From NCBI GenBank assembly GCA_021432655.1, contig MU271629.1, forward strand, positions 1 to 37,691: a DNA stretch of 37,691 bases. Direction: 5' to 3'. The notes beneath the pieces are model-generated. The model saw only the letters and a list, made by a program, of their open reading frames with translations, was not told where the DNA came from and ran no database searches. Shown here piece by piece: positions 10,730 through 22,900 of this stretch. Every line of letters begins with the position of its first letter. Within the stretch, counting starts at the first letter, position 1. The stretch is from Atractiella rhizophila. Lineage: Eukaryota. A program made the position numbers and the translations under genes.

Positions 10730-12954
10730 ATGCAGCCTCAGCACCTCTCAGCCGCACCGAGCACGCCGCTCGCCTACCGCTCCATGCCGAGCAGCACCGT
10801 CGCCACTCCCACACCGACGACATCGATGGGTCCTCCCTCCTTCGTCCCGCGTCCTTCCACGCTCTCCCACGCGCCCCTCTCCGCCCCCCAAACGCGTCTT
10901 CCCTCCCGGACCCCCACCGCATCCTCCACACCCATCCCCTCCCAACGACCCATTCCCCACGTGCAACAACAGACGACTGCTCAGGAGGACCTCCTCCCGC
11001 CTCCGTCTGGGGCGGAGCAGCATCAGTCTGTGACGGCTTTGAATGATGCGGCGTTGAGTGCGGGGGTTAATTTGAGGAGGGAGGAGGAGCAGATTGAGGA
11101 GAGTGCGGGTGGGAGTTATAAGGCTTATTTTGAGGGAAGGCAGGAGGGTTGGGGAAGGGTTAGGAAGCAGGATTGGATCGAGTTCAATGAGGTCACCAAG
11201 AGAGTTAGTGCTGTTGGCAAGTATTTGACTTTTTCCTTAATGGTAGTGGCATGATCTACTTTGCTTGTTACTTTGGGAAGTGGAAGCCTTTGCACTTTAA
11301 AGGAGAAAGTGGTAGAGCAGAATGTTAGGGTGGATGTACTGGTCAGTGAAGGCTGTCAGTTAATTGACCCCTTCGCAATTTGCTCGAAGAAGCTGCTCTT
11401 GTCTAGACGTGATTTCTACAAATGGGTGGCCTCTAGACAAGTTTTAGAGGTGAAAGAGATAATATGAAGAATCCATGATGAGGATGTTTGGGTGATCCAA
11501 TTTGTTCCTCCCTAATATTTCTTATTTGTGATATGAATTGTATTATTGCATATTTTTCGTGGCTAGAATAGTCAGCGCGTGCTGAGAGCACTGCGCTTGG
11601 TGATTCAAACGCTCGCTTCTTGCCTACTTGGAACTGTGCGACAGCTTCCTACATAGCCTTTCAAATTTGCTAACACGATGAAGTCCGTGTGCAGGATTGC
11701 CAATCTCACACATGTATATCTTGGTTTGCACATCTTGACACAGGCATCGATCAGGGTTTCCCAGCTTTCGCCCACTCCAAAATCTTATGATGCTTTGTGA
11801 GACGCCGACTGCCGCGTTGCTCGTGAAGGTGAAGGTGTAAGATCCCATCGTGTACATCTGGTTGGATGTAGGTGAACGGAGCAAACAGATGATTGGCGCC
11901 TGAGCAACCATTTGTAGAAGAGACGTGCATCTGAAGCGCTCATCATGTTTGCCTGGCTTTCGTTCATGCAATAAGGTTGTGTATTACCACCACAAGCTTC
12001 AGAGCTTGGGAACAAGTTGATTCTTTGATGCTCAATTCTCCCTTCACATTATCCTCTCGCTAGAGGCGTGTCCCACAGTTTTGTTATGGATGTTTAATTT
12101 TGAGAGATTCACAACTAACTTTCTTTCTTCTTCAGCCGCTTCATTCCAGTTGAAGAACCTGGAGGCGGATTCGATCCCTTTCATCGCAATGGCGCTCAAA
12201 TCGCGCATCCGCACCGTCCTCCAAAACGCCAAAAAGGCAGAACACCACCGTCAGAACGTCCATCACCTCGCCCCGCCCCCGTTTCGGAAGTTGAAGAGGA
12301 AGCGAGAAGAGGAGGAGGAGATAGAGAAGGTGGTGGATGAGAAGGAGATTGTCCCGATTTGGGAGGAGGATGTCGTTGGGGAGCCGGGGAAGGTGTTGGA
12401 GACTTTGGAGAGGGTGGAGGTGGAGAGGACGGAGAGGGTATTGAAGAAGAGATTAGGAGATGGGATGGAGTTGGATGGAGAGATGCCACAGGAGGAGGAG
12501 GATGAGGAGGAACGGACTTTGAAGGATCTGCGTGAGCAGTTGGAAGAAAGGAGGTCAGAGCAGAAAGCTCTGTTAGGAGTGAAGCTGATGGAGGACGGAT
12601 CCCGTCATGTTTGGCTTGGGGCGACTCGAAAAGATGAATCAGGAGTTATGAAACCCGGTCGGTCGTATTTGTCTTTCCTTACATTTGGGACGCTAATAGG
12701 CGGCTGAAGATGCACCGACCCCAATGGAAGAGGATGACGATAATCGGGATCCAGCCTATGCCCCATCCTCGCTCCTAGATATCCAGCCTTTGCCAGCTTG
12801 TACATGGGGAGGTCGGAACCGGATCACAGTTGACGACTTGCTGTGGGGAATGGAGAGGGAGAATGTGTCCAGCTTCAAGAAGGGAAGCGGTCAGTGGCGC
12901 AAGGAGGGTAGGACTGAAACCGTCGCGAGATGGCAGTGGGGTGTTGGCGCTTGA
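10730..12954 (+). CDS. TAF4: TFIID subunit TAF4, 3 exons, with a 919-nt GC-AG first intron
   Basis: LNDAALSAGVNLRREEE, histone-fold segment IPFIAMALKSRIRTVLQNAKKAEHHR and C-terminal RITVDDLLWGMERE motif. Introns 11217-12135 and ~12658-12709. Start codon uncertain. Confidence 0.88.
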
Positions 12955-13013
12955 TTGATGGTATCTCCATTCTGCTCTGCTTGCATTCTATTGGTGTTGA
13001 TGTTGTTCTGGAT

Positions 13014-13268
13014 NNNNNNNNNNNNNNNNNNNNNNNNNNNNNNNNNNNNNNNNNNNNNNNNNNNNNNNNNNNNNNNNNNNNNNNNNNNNNNNNNNNNNNN
13101 NNNNNNNNNNNNNNNNNNNNNNNNNNNNNNNNNNNNNNNNNNNNNNNNNNNNNNNNNNNNNNNNNNNNNNNNNNNNNNNNNNNNNNNNNNNNNNNNNNNN
13201 NNNNNNNNNNNNNNNNNNNNNNNNNNNNNNNNNNNNNNNNNNNNNNNNNNNNNNNNNNNNNNNNNNNN
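13014..13268. other. Assembly gap (N run)
   Basis: 255 N. Confidence 1.
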
Positions 13269-13336
13269 CTCTTTCTCGCTTTGTCCAGCGCCTGACATCT
13301 CTTCCGCCCGTTCCTCCTTCTCCTACGTCTTCCACC

Positions 13337-15109
13337 ATGTTGGCGGTCCTTCCTTTACTCTCCCTCGTTTCCGCCTCCGTGGTCGAATCCCAGTCCTTCC
13401 TTTCCAGCTCTCCTTCGAAAGAATGGGTTCTGTCTCACTTGGGAAATCTGTCTCCTTACAAGAAAGCACCTGTCCCTGCTGGCGTGGCTGAATCTCTACC
13501 ATCCGACTGTGAAGTCTCGCAGGTGTTTTACATGGGTCGACATGGATCCAGATATCCCCTAGCCTCAGAACTCGTCTTCATCCAGGGCTTGTCGCAGAAA
13601 GTGTTAGCCGCCAAAGGTGCAATCTCGAACGCCAATCTTCCCAACAATCTCGCGTTCCTGAAGCAGGGTTATAATACCACTCTGGGACACGATGACCTGA
13701 CAGCACCGGGAAGGCAACAGCTCTTCAATCACGGCGTTGAGTGCGTTCTGCCCGTACAGTCGTAATCGCTTGCTAAGAGGAACCCTTCAGCTTTAAGTTC
13801 AATTATCCTCAGCTCAACATCACTGAGCTTATCGTCGGGGGGCAAGACCGTGTTGAAGAGGTCAGACACTTTTAATCCATCAAAAGCGAGCTAATCATAT
13901 TGGCGGAATAGAGCGCTCAGTGGTTCAGAGAAGGCTACTTCGGAAGGTGCGTCATCGAATCTTTTTGACTATTTCTTACGTCCGTTCAGGTATTGGAACA
14001 CGACCTCAACTTTCACCATCCTGCCAGAAAACAATGTCACAATTTCCTACATTGTTAGTAGCCTCCGCTGTCACCCATTAATCCCGCGTTGAATAAGCTC
14101 TGTAGACTCCGCTAGACACCTGCCCCAAGTGGAGTTACTCTTACGGTAACGATCTTGTCGTAGCATGGGGGAAACGATATCTCCCACCCATCACAAAACG
14201 CTTGAACAAAGCCGTCCCTCACTTCAACCTAACGGACAATGACGTCCACGGAGCCCTTTACGCCTGCGCCTATGATACTGCAGCGTATGGGTACGAAAAA
14301 AGTCCCTGGTGTCCAGTGTTCAGTAAGAACGAGCTGGAAGATTTCGAGTTTGTTGTTCCCTAACTCCCATTAGCTGTCATTGACCAAATCAACAGGTATG
14401 AGCTTGACCTTTTGATGTATGGCGCTTTTGGTTACGGTCTACCTGGCTCGATGGGGGAGGTTCTTGGTACCGTGCTTGTAAACACGGTCATCGATCTGTT
14501 TGTCGACCTTCCAAATTCTTCCCTTGCGCTTAAGAAAAATAAAGGTTTTCTGGGTCGCATCCAGCTTCCATCGTATCCTTCGGACACGACACGACTGCTG
14601 ATTTTGCGCTCACGGCCTTGGGATTAGCTAAAGTACGTTGTCCTTCATACTTCAAAGCTAAAAGTGAATTAAAACGAAATAAGGATTCTCCTGCGCTATC
14701 ACCCAATGTCTCCACACCCCCTCCCAATAGGAACTGGAGAACTTCGGATCAAGTTCCCTTTGGTGAGCATTCAATATGTACCTCTGTTGTCGTGTTTCAT
14801 AAGCTGATCTGTATACTACGTAGCTGCTCAGTTGGTTTTCGAGAAATTCACGTGTAGCAAATCAGCGTAAGTTGTCTTCCTTTTCCATTTGCGAGACTCA
14901 TAAGCCTTCGCAGTGGCACGGAGTCATCTCAGATCCGTTTAGTATTAAACGACTCCCCTCTCCCACTCAGAAACTGCGAGAAAAGCTTCTTTGATAAGAA
15001 GTATGGCAGCTGCAGCCTTGATCGCTTCGTAGCTGCGAACAAATTCAGCACCAATATCACTTGGGGAGATGCCACCTGGAACAGTACTTGTGGCGATCCA
15101 GGATTCTGA
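13337..15109 (+). CDS. Secreted histidine acid phosphatase / 3-phytase, multi-exon
   Basis: Signal peptide MLAVLPLLSLVSAS; catalytic RHGSRYP and FGHDT motifs; QDRVEESAQWF and WRTSDQVPF segments; stop TGA at 15107-15109. Confidence 0.92.
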
Positions 15110-15840
15110 GCTGTGATGACGCTGTTGGCTTCGCAGTTACTTGGATAGATGCAGTCGCTCAATAGTATATTAATTGCAATGCTCCTAGTAGTCATTATGA
15201 AGGATGGATACGATGCCAGAGATTGTACCCAGAAGACAAAGGGCCTTGGTCCACGTAGTCCTAGGTAGTTATTTTTCCTGTGCGAGTACATACCCTAGGT
15301 TTTCGATCCATTCTCTCCTTTCTGGTATTACCCTATATACTGTCCTAAACTCTACCTTGTCGCCAATGTTCTTGCATGCCGCCGCACGCAGATAACAACA
15401 CTTCACGGCCAACAGAAAATCTAAGCAACGCACGGTATTGAGCCCATTCCCGCATTATCCATGGTTCACCACTGGGAAGCCCCAATATAACCATCGTTTC
15501 AAATCATCCACGTCCTACATCATGATAACCGCCGTTGAAAGGTGTATCACCAGTGTCATGTCACCGCTAACCACTTGAGCTAGTATGTCTCTCAAGAGCA
15601 GGATCGCACCACAAGACCGGGAGTAGATATGCACATCTCTTATGATGTTGCTTGGTGGCTGAAATGAGTAGCACAAGTGAGAAGGCATTGTAATACAAAG
15701 TCGGTTCTGGCTGGCTAGTTGATCGTGTTGATCGAAAATCTACATTAAGATGCCCTTGTCAACTAAGTCTGATTCGACTTGGAAACTATCATAAAACAGC
15801 AAATAACTTTTCTACCAAACTTATACTAGGTAACCGAAAC

Positions 15841-17347
15841 ATGAAGAAAACTCGCGAATCCCTGACGGTCGTGATCAAGCTCGGTGAGTTCGAAAATTTC
15901 TGTGAAACGCAATCTCACTGTGTTAGTTTACTAGGCAGCTCTTCCATTCTCTCGCCAGACACCCTCCTCCCCAATCTGTCCACACTCTCAGCAATCGCAG
16001 AGACATGTCTAATACTGCTCAAGGAAGGCCATAAAGTTGTCATTGTGTCCAGTGGTGCTATTGCTATGGGAATGAAACGAATGGGCAAGAAGGAGAAGGG
16101 CAAAGGGATCCCTGAGAAACAAGTAAGTATGTTCGTACTATTTGATTGATTCGTTTTTGTCACATTTATTAAACTCCTTCTGATGGATCGAGGATTTGTC
16201 CCAGTACCAAGGCATCATTTCCCCAAAAATGAGACGGGTAATACATATCATTGATGATGAGCACTGTTTTCGTTTCTATGCTTGTTGTTATTATAGGCGA
16301 TGGCTAACCTCATCTTTCGAGTTTGCTTGCTTGATAAGCGCCGCAACAAGTTTACCTGAGTGCTTTCTTTGCTGTTGCAAACGAATATTTTGGTCGTCAT
16401 GTTTATGCCTTGCTTCTCCGAAACCTGGTTCGCCGAATCTTCCATCCCTTACTTACAAATTACAAGTGAAGGAAAGTACTCATTCTGCTCCAACTGGGGA
16501 TTTGAAACAAAACTGTGGTTATTTTCATACACTATCTTTCTACCCGGCGCATTTTTATCAGCGTAACATGCGTGCACACGATGGGTTGCTATTGCACCTT
16601 TGCAGAACCTGTCGCGTACTAACGAGCAATTGTTAGGCCCTGGCAGCAATAGGACAAGGGCGACTCATTGCTCTGTGGGACAACCTCTTCTCCCAGTTGG
16701 ATCAACCTATCGCTCAAGTCCTTCTCACGCGCAACGACATATCTGACCATTCGCGATTCATGAATGCGCGCTCGACCCTTCTCACGCTCCTAAGCCAAGG
16801 CGTCATCCCTATCGTGAACGAGAACGACACGATTTCGGTATCGGAGATCAAGTTTGGGGACAACGATACCCTCTCTGCTATCGCTGCTGCACTCGTCAGT
16901 GCTGACTGGCTCTTTCTCTGCACTGATGTCGAGTGCCTCTGGATGGAGAATCCGAGAAGGGCACCGGAGGGGAGAGCGAAGCAGGTGCTACAGGTAAGGG
17001 ACATTGAGGAGGTGCGACGAATAGGTACGCTGTGTCATTCGCATTATTCGCGTCGAAATAGAATGCTGATCTAAAATGGGATCAGTTTCCACTTCAACCC
17101 TTGGTTCTTCTCTCGGAACTGGAGGAATGGAAACAAAGCTCATTGCAGCCGAACTGGCCACCGCCGCTGGCGTTTCCACCGTCATCACGTTAGGCTCCCA
17201 ACCGTCGCGAATCATAAGCATCATCGCCTCCTATACATCCTCTCCCACCAACACATCACGGCCAGCGACCGCAGAACCCGTGGTCCTCGGTCCACTCTCC
17301 TCTTCTTCAACCATTCCGCTACACACACGCTTCCACGCCCTCCCCAC
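15841..17347 (+). CDS. PRO1: Glutamate 5-kinase, 3' end lost in the gap
   Basis: [65 protein letters not shown]; 514-nt second intron at 16123-16636. Confidence 0.95.
16254..16359 (+). ncRNA. Candidate intronic box C/D snoRNA
   Basis: ATGATGA (16254-16260) and CTGA (16356-16359) span 106 nt; the segment before the D box is 11/12 complementary to a conserved 18S rRNA motif; terminal stem weak. Confidence 0.25.
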
Positions 17348-17533
17348 NNNNNNNNNNNNNNNNNNNNNNNNNNNNNNNNNNNNNNNNNNNNNNNNNNNNN
17401 NNNNNNNNNNNNNNNNNNNNNNNNNNNNNNNNNNNNNNNNNNNNNNNNNNNNNNNNNNNNNNNNNNNNNNNNNNNNNNNNNNNNNNNNNNNNNNNNNNNN
17501 NNNNNNNNNNNNNNNNNNNNNNNNNNNNNNNNN
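17348..17533. other. Assembly gap (N run)
   Basis: 186 N; PRO1 does not resume after it. Confidence 1.
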
Positions 17534-18249
17534 GAAGAGGTTGGACGTGTTTGTTCGGGACAGAGAAAAGCGTGAGGGGAGGCTGTGAGGGCGGTCCCAG
17601 ATGGGGAAGGAATTGAAGCTCAAGAAGTGAGGTTCGGTACGGGAGGGCGGGTGACGTGAGTCGGGAGTTCAGGCGCGACAGGAGACGAGGTTTCGGACGG
17701 CGTTCCGGCGAGTTCGGACGTGAGTTCAGGTCGCGGCGAAGGTGGAGTTTTAGATTGGACGTGTGGGTTTCAGGGCAAGCGTTCGGCGGTCTGTGTTTTT
17801 AAGGATGACGATGCTGATTATCAGTTGGCTGAGCAGAGGTACGGCAAGTCTCACGACGTCAGAGATTTTGGCAGGGATGGTCGCAACAGAGTGCAGGTTG
17901 TGGCAGTCGAAGGTTCGGGGTTGTTCAATCAGCAGAAGATCGTGTTAAGGAGTACCCATACAGGTATGACTCGTAGACGACACGACGAATGTCCGGCGTT
18001 GAGGGGCAGAGGTAGAGGGTGGGCCTTTTGGTTGTGTATGGCGAGAGAGGTAGGCGAGGTTCTGGGAAAGGCGCGACGTGTGGGTTGAAGAGAGATTAAT
18101 GCAGGCAGAGGGAGGGAGGGCAGCAAGAGAGGATCGAAGGCTTCACCGTTGTGCCGTTCTCAAGCTTTATGTGCGCTTCTCAAGCTTCCACTGTATAGCC
18201 TTACAGCGCCACGTTCAGAACTGCTTCAACTTCTTCCAGCCTTGGCGCC

Positions 18250-19940
18250 TCTCGCTTCTCCTACCCCTCTCTCACCCCTGCCATCTACTCTAACTCCCAA
18301 CCTTCTTCCTCTCCTTCCCCTCCCACTCCCTCTACTTCTAAAACCTCACAAACCTCTCAGGACTCACCTACGTCGCCATAAACTACCGACTCCTCCTCTC
18401 CTCCTTTATGCTAATGAACTCGCTCTATGGCTGAAACCTACTCCCACGCTTTCCGCACTCCCTCCGCTTCCCCTCAACCCTCCCTCCCTCTCCCTCACAC
18501 TCTCCACATTCTTCCACAAACACCAGTTCTTATCCTTCTTATACGAAGTCCGTGCGAAAGTAAGGGAGACGACACAGCTGTCTCCTTTTTCGTTCCGACT
18601 ACCTACTCGCATCCCGCTTTACCTACGGACAAGGAAGGTGACCCCTTTCGATCAGAGGTCCGTTTAGCTACCAGACACATAAGAGAGAGTTTGAAGCTTT
18701 GAGCAACAGACTCTTTCTTTTACTGTCCCCACTTTGTTGCGTAGGAATGAACGACGGTGAGAGGATGGTGAGGTGGTACGTGGCAGCCGGGTGTGCAGAA
18801 GTTGGAGGCAGACGGGAGAGAAGAAGTGCGAAGGCGAGGTAAGTGTGCGGAGGCGAGAGAGAGGAGGTGCGGGTGGCTTAGGGCGTTGCCACTTTGCAGC
18901 TTTCTACGTCGTCTATTTCCCGGGAGAAGCCATGGGCAAGAGGGTGAACATCGTGAGCTGACGCTTGAACATGTGTGGCAGGCACCGTACAGGGAGCGTG
19001 CGCACTGTCACTATCTGCGCAGCCCCCTCCAGCATCACCTACTCACCCATTCTGTCCTACTTCCCCTCTGGTAGCTGGAGTTGTGCTCCAAAAGCCCATA
19101 ACTCTCGCACCTCTTCGAGCTCTTTCTCCGTCACAACCTGGAGCTGCCGCAGTTTTACTACAACCTCCGCCACCCACACCCGTCCCTCTGTTAACACCAA
19201 CCTGTACCACGCCTCTTGCTAAACTCCCGAAACTCCTAACACGTACTCTCTCAGCAGCTATGGTGAGTCCGCTCAGAAGGAAGGAAAGTAAGAAACGGGA
19301 GGAGAGAAGTAGGTAGACCTTTTCGGTCATTGAGTTGCTACCTATAGGTGTCAATAAGGGAGTGGGGGTTCCAGGTGGGATGGCGGAGCGTGAGGCGCTG
19401 AATCGCGAGTTTATGGAGGTATATCGGTAGGTTTGGCCGCCTCCTCCCCCTCTACACTGCTTGAACCCTCCACTCTCCCTCCTCCCACTGCAGCCTGTAT
19501 CGAGAAACTAGCTGCGCTCTTGCTGCGACCTAAACCAGTTCACCTCCTAGTCCTTCCTAAACTTCCTCTCACCTCTCTAACTGACTGCAGAATCGTGAGA
19601 AACTAAAACCACCCTTCGTGGCCCGAGATTGTTATCCAGTCACCATACGTACGGATAAACAAGAGAGCGTAGAAGAAGATTGGGAAGGGTGTCTACTTTC
19701 TTTCAGGAAGGAAAGGTTTGGCAACTCACAGTAACCCGGTAGAGTGAGATCGGTTAGATGTTAACGTTTCCCCCATCAAGGATCTATGGGACTTTTTCTG
19801 TTTTTCAGTTTCTTGCGGTATGGTTTGCACGACCCAAGAAGATCCCTGATGGCTACGATGTTAGCCACATTATAACAATTAATACTCAGGCAATTCGGTC
19901 CAAACATAGTGTAGGCTCGAACTCTAAAAAGAGGTTATAA
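18250..19940 (+). pseudogene. Probable decayed multi-exon gene, possibly a Zn(II)2Cys6 transcription factor
   Basis: Ser/Pro/Thr-rich frame interrupted by TAA/TGA, several GT..AG intron-like segments, and a degenerate RGSRVCRSW-x7-CEGE|APYRER motif. Boundaries are approximate. Confidence 0.3.
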
Positions 19941-22900
19941 TAGATGTGTAAAGAACGCATCTAGTCGATCGACAATAACATTTGAGGTTTACGAAGTTGA
20001 GCTGACAACATCCGAGGGGTTTCATCCCATCAGTCGTAAAGTATTAGGTAGGAAAGCCGAGTTCCGTTACTCAGGTGTTTAGGCTCGAAGATCATTTACA
20101 TGCTATCGACGTCGCACCCTGTACGCAGGTATATAGGGGGAAAGAGAAAAGACATTAAGAAGGAGTTCATTGAACTTCTTCACGTCGTATAACCGTCTAT
20201 GTTAGTCCTTCTATGACAAAACCACAATAGTAAGGACTAAACAGCTCATGTCATTACCTGAGGTGTTGTACGAGACGAAGATATATAGGGTCCTGAAAGA
20301 GGTTAAGACTCGACAACAATGGGTTTGTCGTGGTCAATCATGAAGGACTCTCATACTTTCTCTAGATGTTTGGAGGAGTTGGGGAACTGTGCGAGTTAGA
20401 GTTGACTCAATATTAAGCGGTGACAAGGGAGCGATTTGAAGTGGCCTAGAGAGGGGAACATCTCTTATACTTCTTTTCTCCCAACTCCAAGCTCATCATG
20501 GTGCTAGTGCAAGTCAAGTCATGCCAGTTTTCTTGTCAATATAGTTTCATTTTGGTACCATCTGACTAACGAGAAATCAAAGCAGCAACGAGACCTCCCA
20601 CAGTGAGGAGCTCGCTAGGGCCCAATCGATGGGGGCAGTGAGAGAGGGGAGAGCACCCCGCGAGGATCAGGATCTATATTTTCCGTGGCAGTGTCTGTCT
20701 CTGGTCAGGGGATCTCTTCGTGTAGGGAAGATGACGATCATATTCTGCCATCCCTTTCTACACTGGCATACAAACGCACTATGTCTAGATTATGTATCTC
20801 GACCGTTCAGGCGAAGCACAATGTCATTTCTGTCGTCCTTTGGCAAGGCATGGCTAGAAAATGTTTATCGAGCAAGGAGAGAATCATTTTGCTCCATCGA
20901 TCTCTCCTTTCACGAGTACATGCAGTGCTGTGCAGAGGTTATTGTGGTGGAATGAGGTGTCTGAACGGGCTGGTAGTCTAGCTCATGTTTTCTTCTCGGG
21001 TAATGTCAATGGCACATGCTCTCTGTGACAGGTGCCATCGTCCTCTCAACCATGTGCATATGCTTCTATCATGTCACTCCATTGAAGCGGGAATGAGCTG
21101 TGAGATTTTGATTGTCAACTGAACATGGATAGATGTGTGTGGGATCCAGGTGGCCTTGTGACTATGATGGCTCTCCAGTGCTTTATGCCGCAATTCTGCA
21201 CGACGATGGTTTGAGAAGCTTCGTTAATCATCCAAGCTTTCCAAGATCCTTCCAACGAAGACTGGACTCTCAATGTGGGTTTCGACGAATTGTAGCCTTC
21301 CACCTGCCAACTCTTGTACGTGGAAATTTGCATGAAACTTGAACATCAAGTCAACAACGAGAAAATATCACTCGCAGTTCGTTCCATTCCAAAATAGTAT
21401 TGAAGAGAGCCATTGTGTGCCGGTTCGCCGTTCCTCCAAACTTGTTGTCTTCCTTCCTTCTTTCCTCAATGATTGAGAGCCAGCCTCACACATGTGGATC
21501 CCTGAGCCCGCGATGAGGCGATTGCGATTAGATAGATGCGATGGTGCTGAGACCAGGTCGCAACTTGAGGTTGTTCCATCTGAAGGCTTGGGGTTATATC
21601 TCGGTTTTCGACGGGATGACTGAGTCTGCCTCCAAGCTATGCAGTGAAGTGACAGTGAAAGTCCAACACTGCTGCGTACAGTGCATCTGAGCGCCAACCT
21701 CGGAGAATCACCAATCACTACAAGTGCTCGGATTCACTAGAAACATTGATCTGTACTGAAAGTACTCGACTCAGAATTCCACAATGTTTCTGTCGTGAAG
21801 CAAGCGGAAGCCGTTGGGAGACCACGGTGAGGTGGGACTTTGGGTTCGTCCTTCACTCGTCCGCGAAGCGAGAAGAAAAGTCGTGTCATTGGCGGTGCTC
21901 AAACGAGCCGCTCAAATGCTCAAACTCTCCTCCAAACTCTCCAGCTCAGCTCAACAACAGCGAACAAATGCTCGGAAGGGTGATGAAATTCCAGAGTGGA
22001 GAGGCAGGTGAGAGAAAGCTTGCCCCATCGCGATTCCGTTTCGGATTCGAGCGGAAGGATTCCGTGTCAGCGGCTAGGAGGGGAAGGTGATCTTGAGGTC
22101 ACACACAACGTTCGCCTCAATATTACTGCAATACTTGGCTCTGGCATGAGAGATCGACAGAGATCAAGTGAGTCAGCCCTCCGCTCATTCAATCCCACAC
22201 CTCCTTCTGTACTCGTTGGATGGAAATAGATGGACGTTGTGCATGTGCTCCTCCCGCGATCGATCTCCTGATTGTTCATTGACATGTTCAGTGATAAATT
22301 ACTGCAGTACAATCATTGGTTGGTGTCGTTGCAGCGGAGGAGTTTGGTAGAATTGTGCCCCTCCTTCTCCTTCCCTTCCAAAACTATTGCCGCAAACTCG
22401 ATGCTAGAAGCTGAAAGGTGCATCTCCCGCTCTCCCGTTTCGAGAGCACTCTGAGTCGAAGTCCGATCACCCATCCATGAAGTTGAAAATCATCTTGAAC
22501 CGGGAGGATCAGATTACCAAATAGCTGATTATCGTGAAAGGAGTTCCGGCTAACGATTTTCCTTCTTCTGCAATTTATTTCAATGGGCGGCATCTCAGAA
22601 CATGAATCCTCCCTTCCACATCAATGAGCGTCCTGCGAGACGCCCATTACCATTCAAGTTACTGTATCGAAGCGAAAGATGCATGTTGACTATGGGCACA
22701 CTCCTGTCGCGGCCAACGATCTGGAAGCTCCCGGCCGCTACTCGAAGCACACCGTCCTAAAGCGACCTGGCGCAACGAAATCACATCCCGGACATTCCAA
22801 CGTGTGCTATCACCTATGGTCTGTGGTGGTGACAAGTTCTAGGTCTTGCGGCTTCGTTCTGTCGGAACGGAAGCAAGTGGAACGGACAAGGGAGCTTTCT

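Noticed and set aside
11320..11335. Telomerase-RNA template-like ACCCTAAC (minus strand) in the TAF4 intron
   Set aside because: Only 8 nt, antisense to the strand favoured by the G-U pairs, and expected by chance in a window this size.
11566..11620. TPP riboswitch suggested by tgCTGAGA in a hairpin
   Set aside because: The downstream CTTGAT..GATAAT..CAGCG core is absent and TAF4 is not a thiamine gene.
11480..12015. Nested antisense gene in the TAF4 intron (Cys-rich ORFs 11624-11971 and 11785-12015; kinase-like LDHPNIL)
   Set aside because: The frames do not join into a coherent product, there is no signal peptide and no other kinase subdomain.
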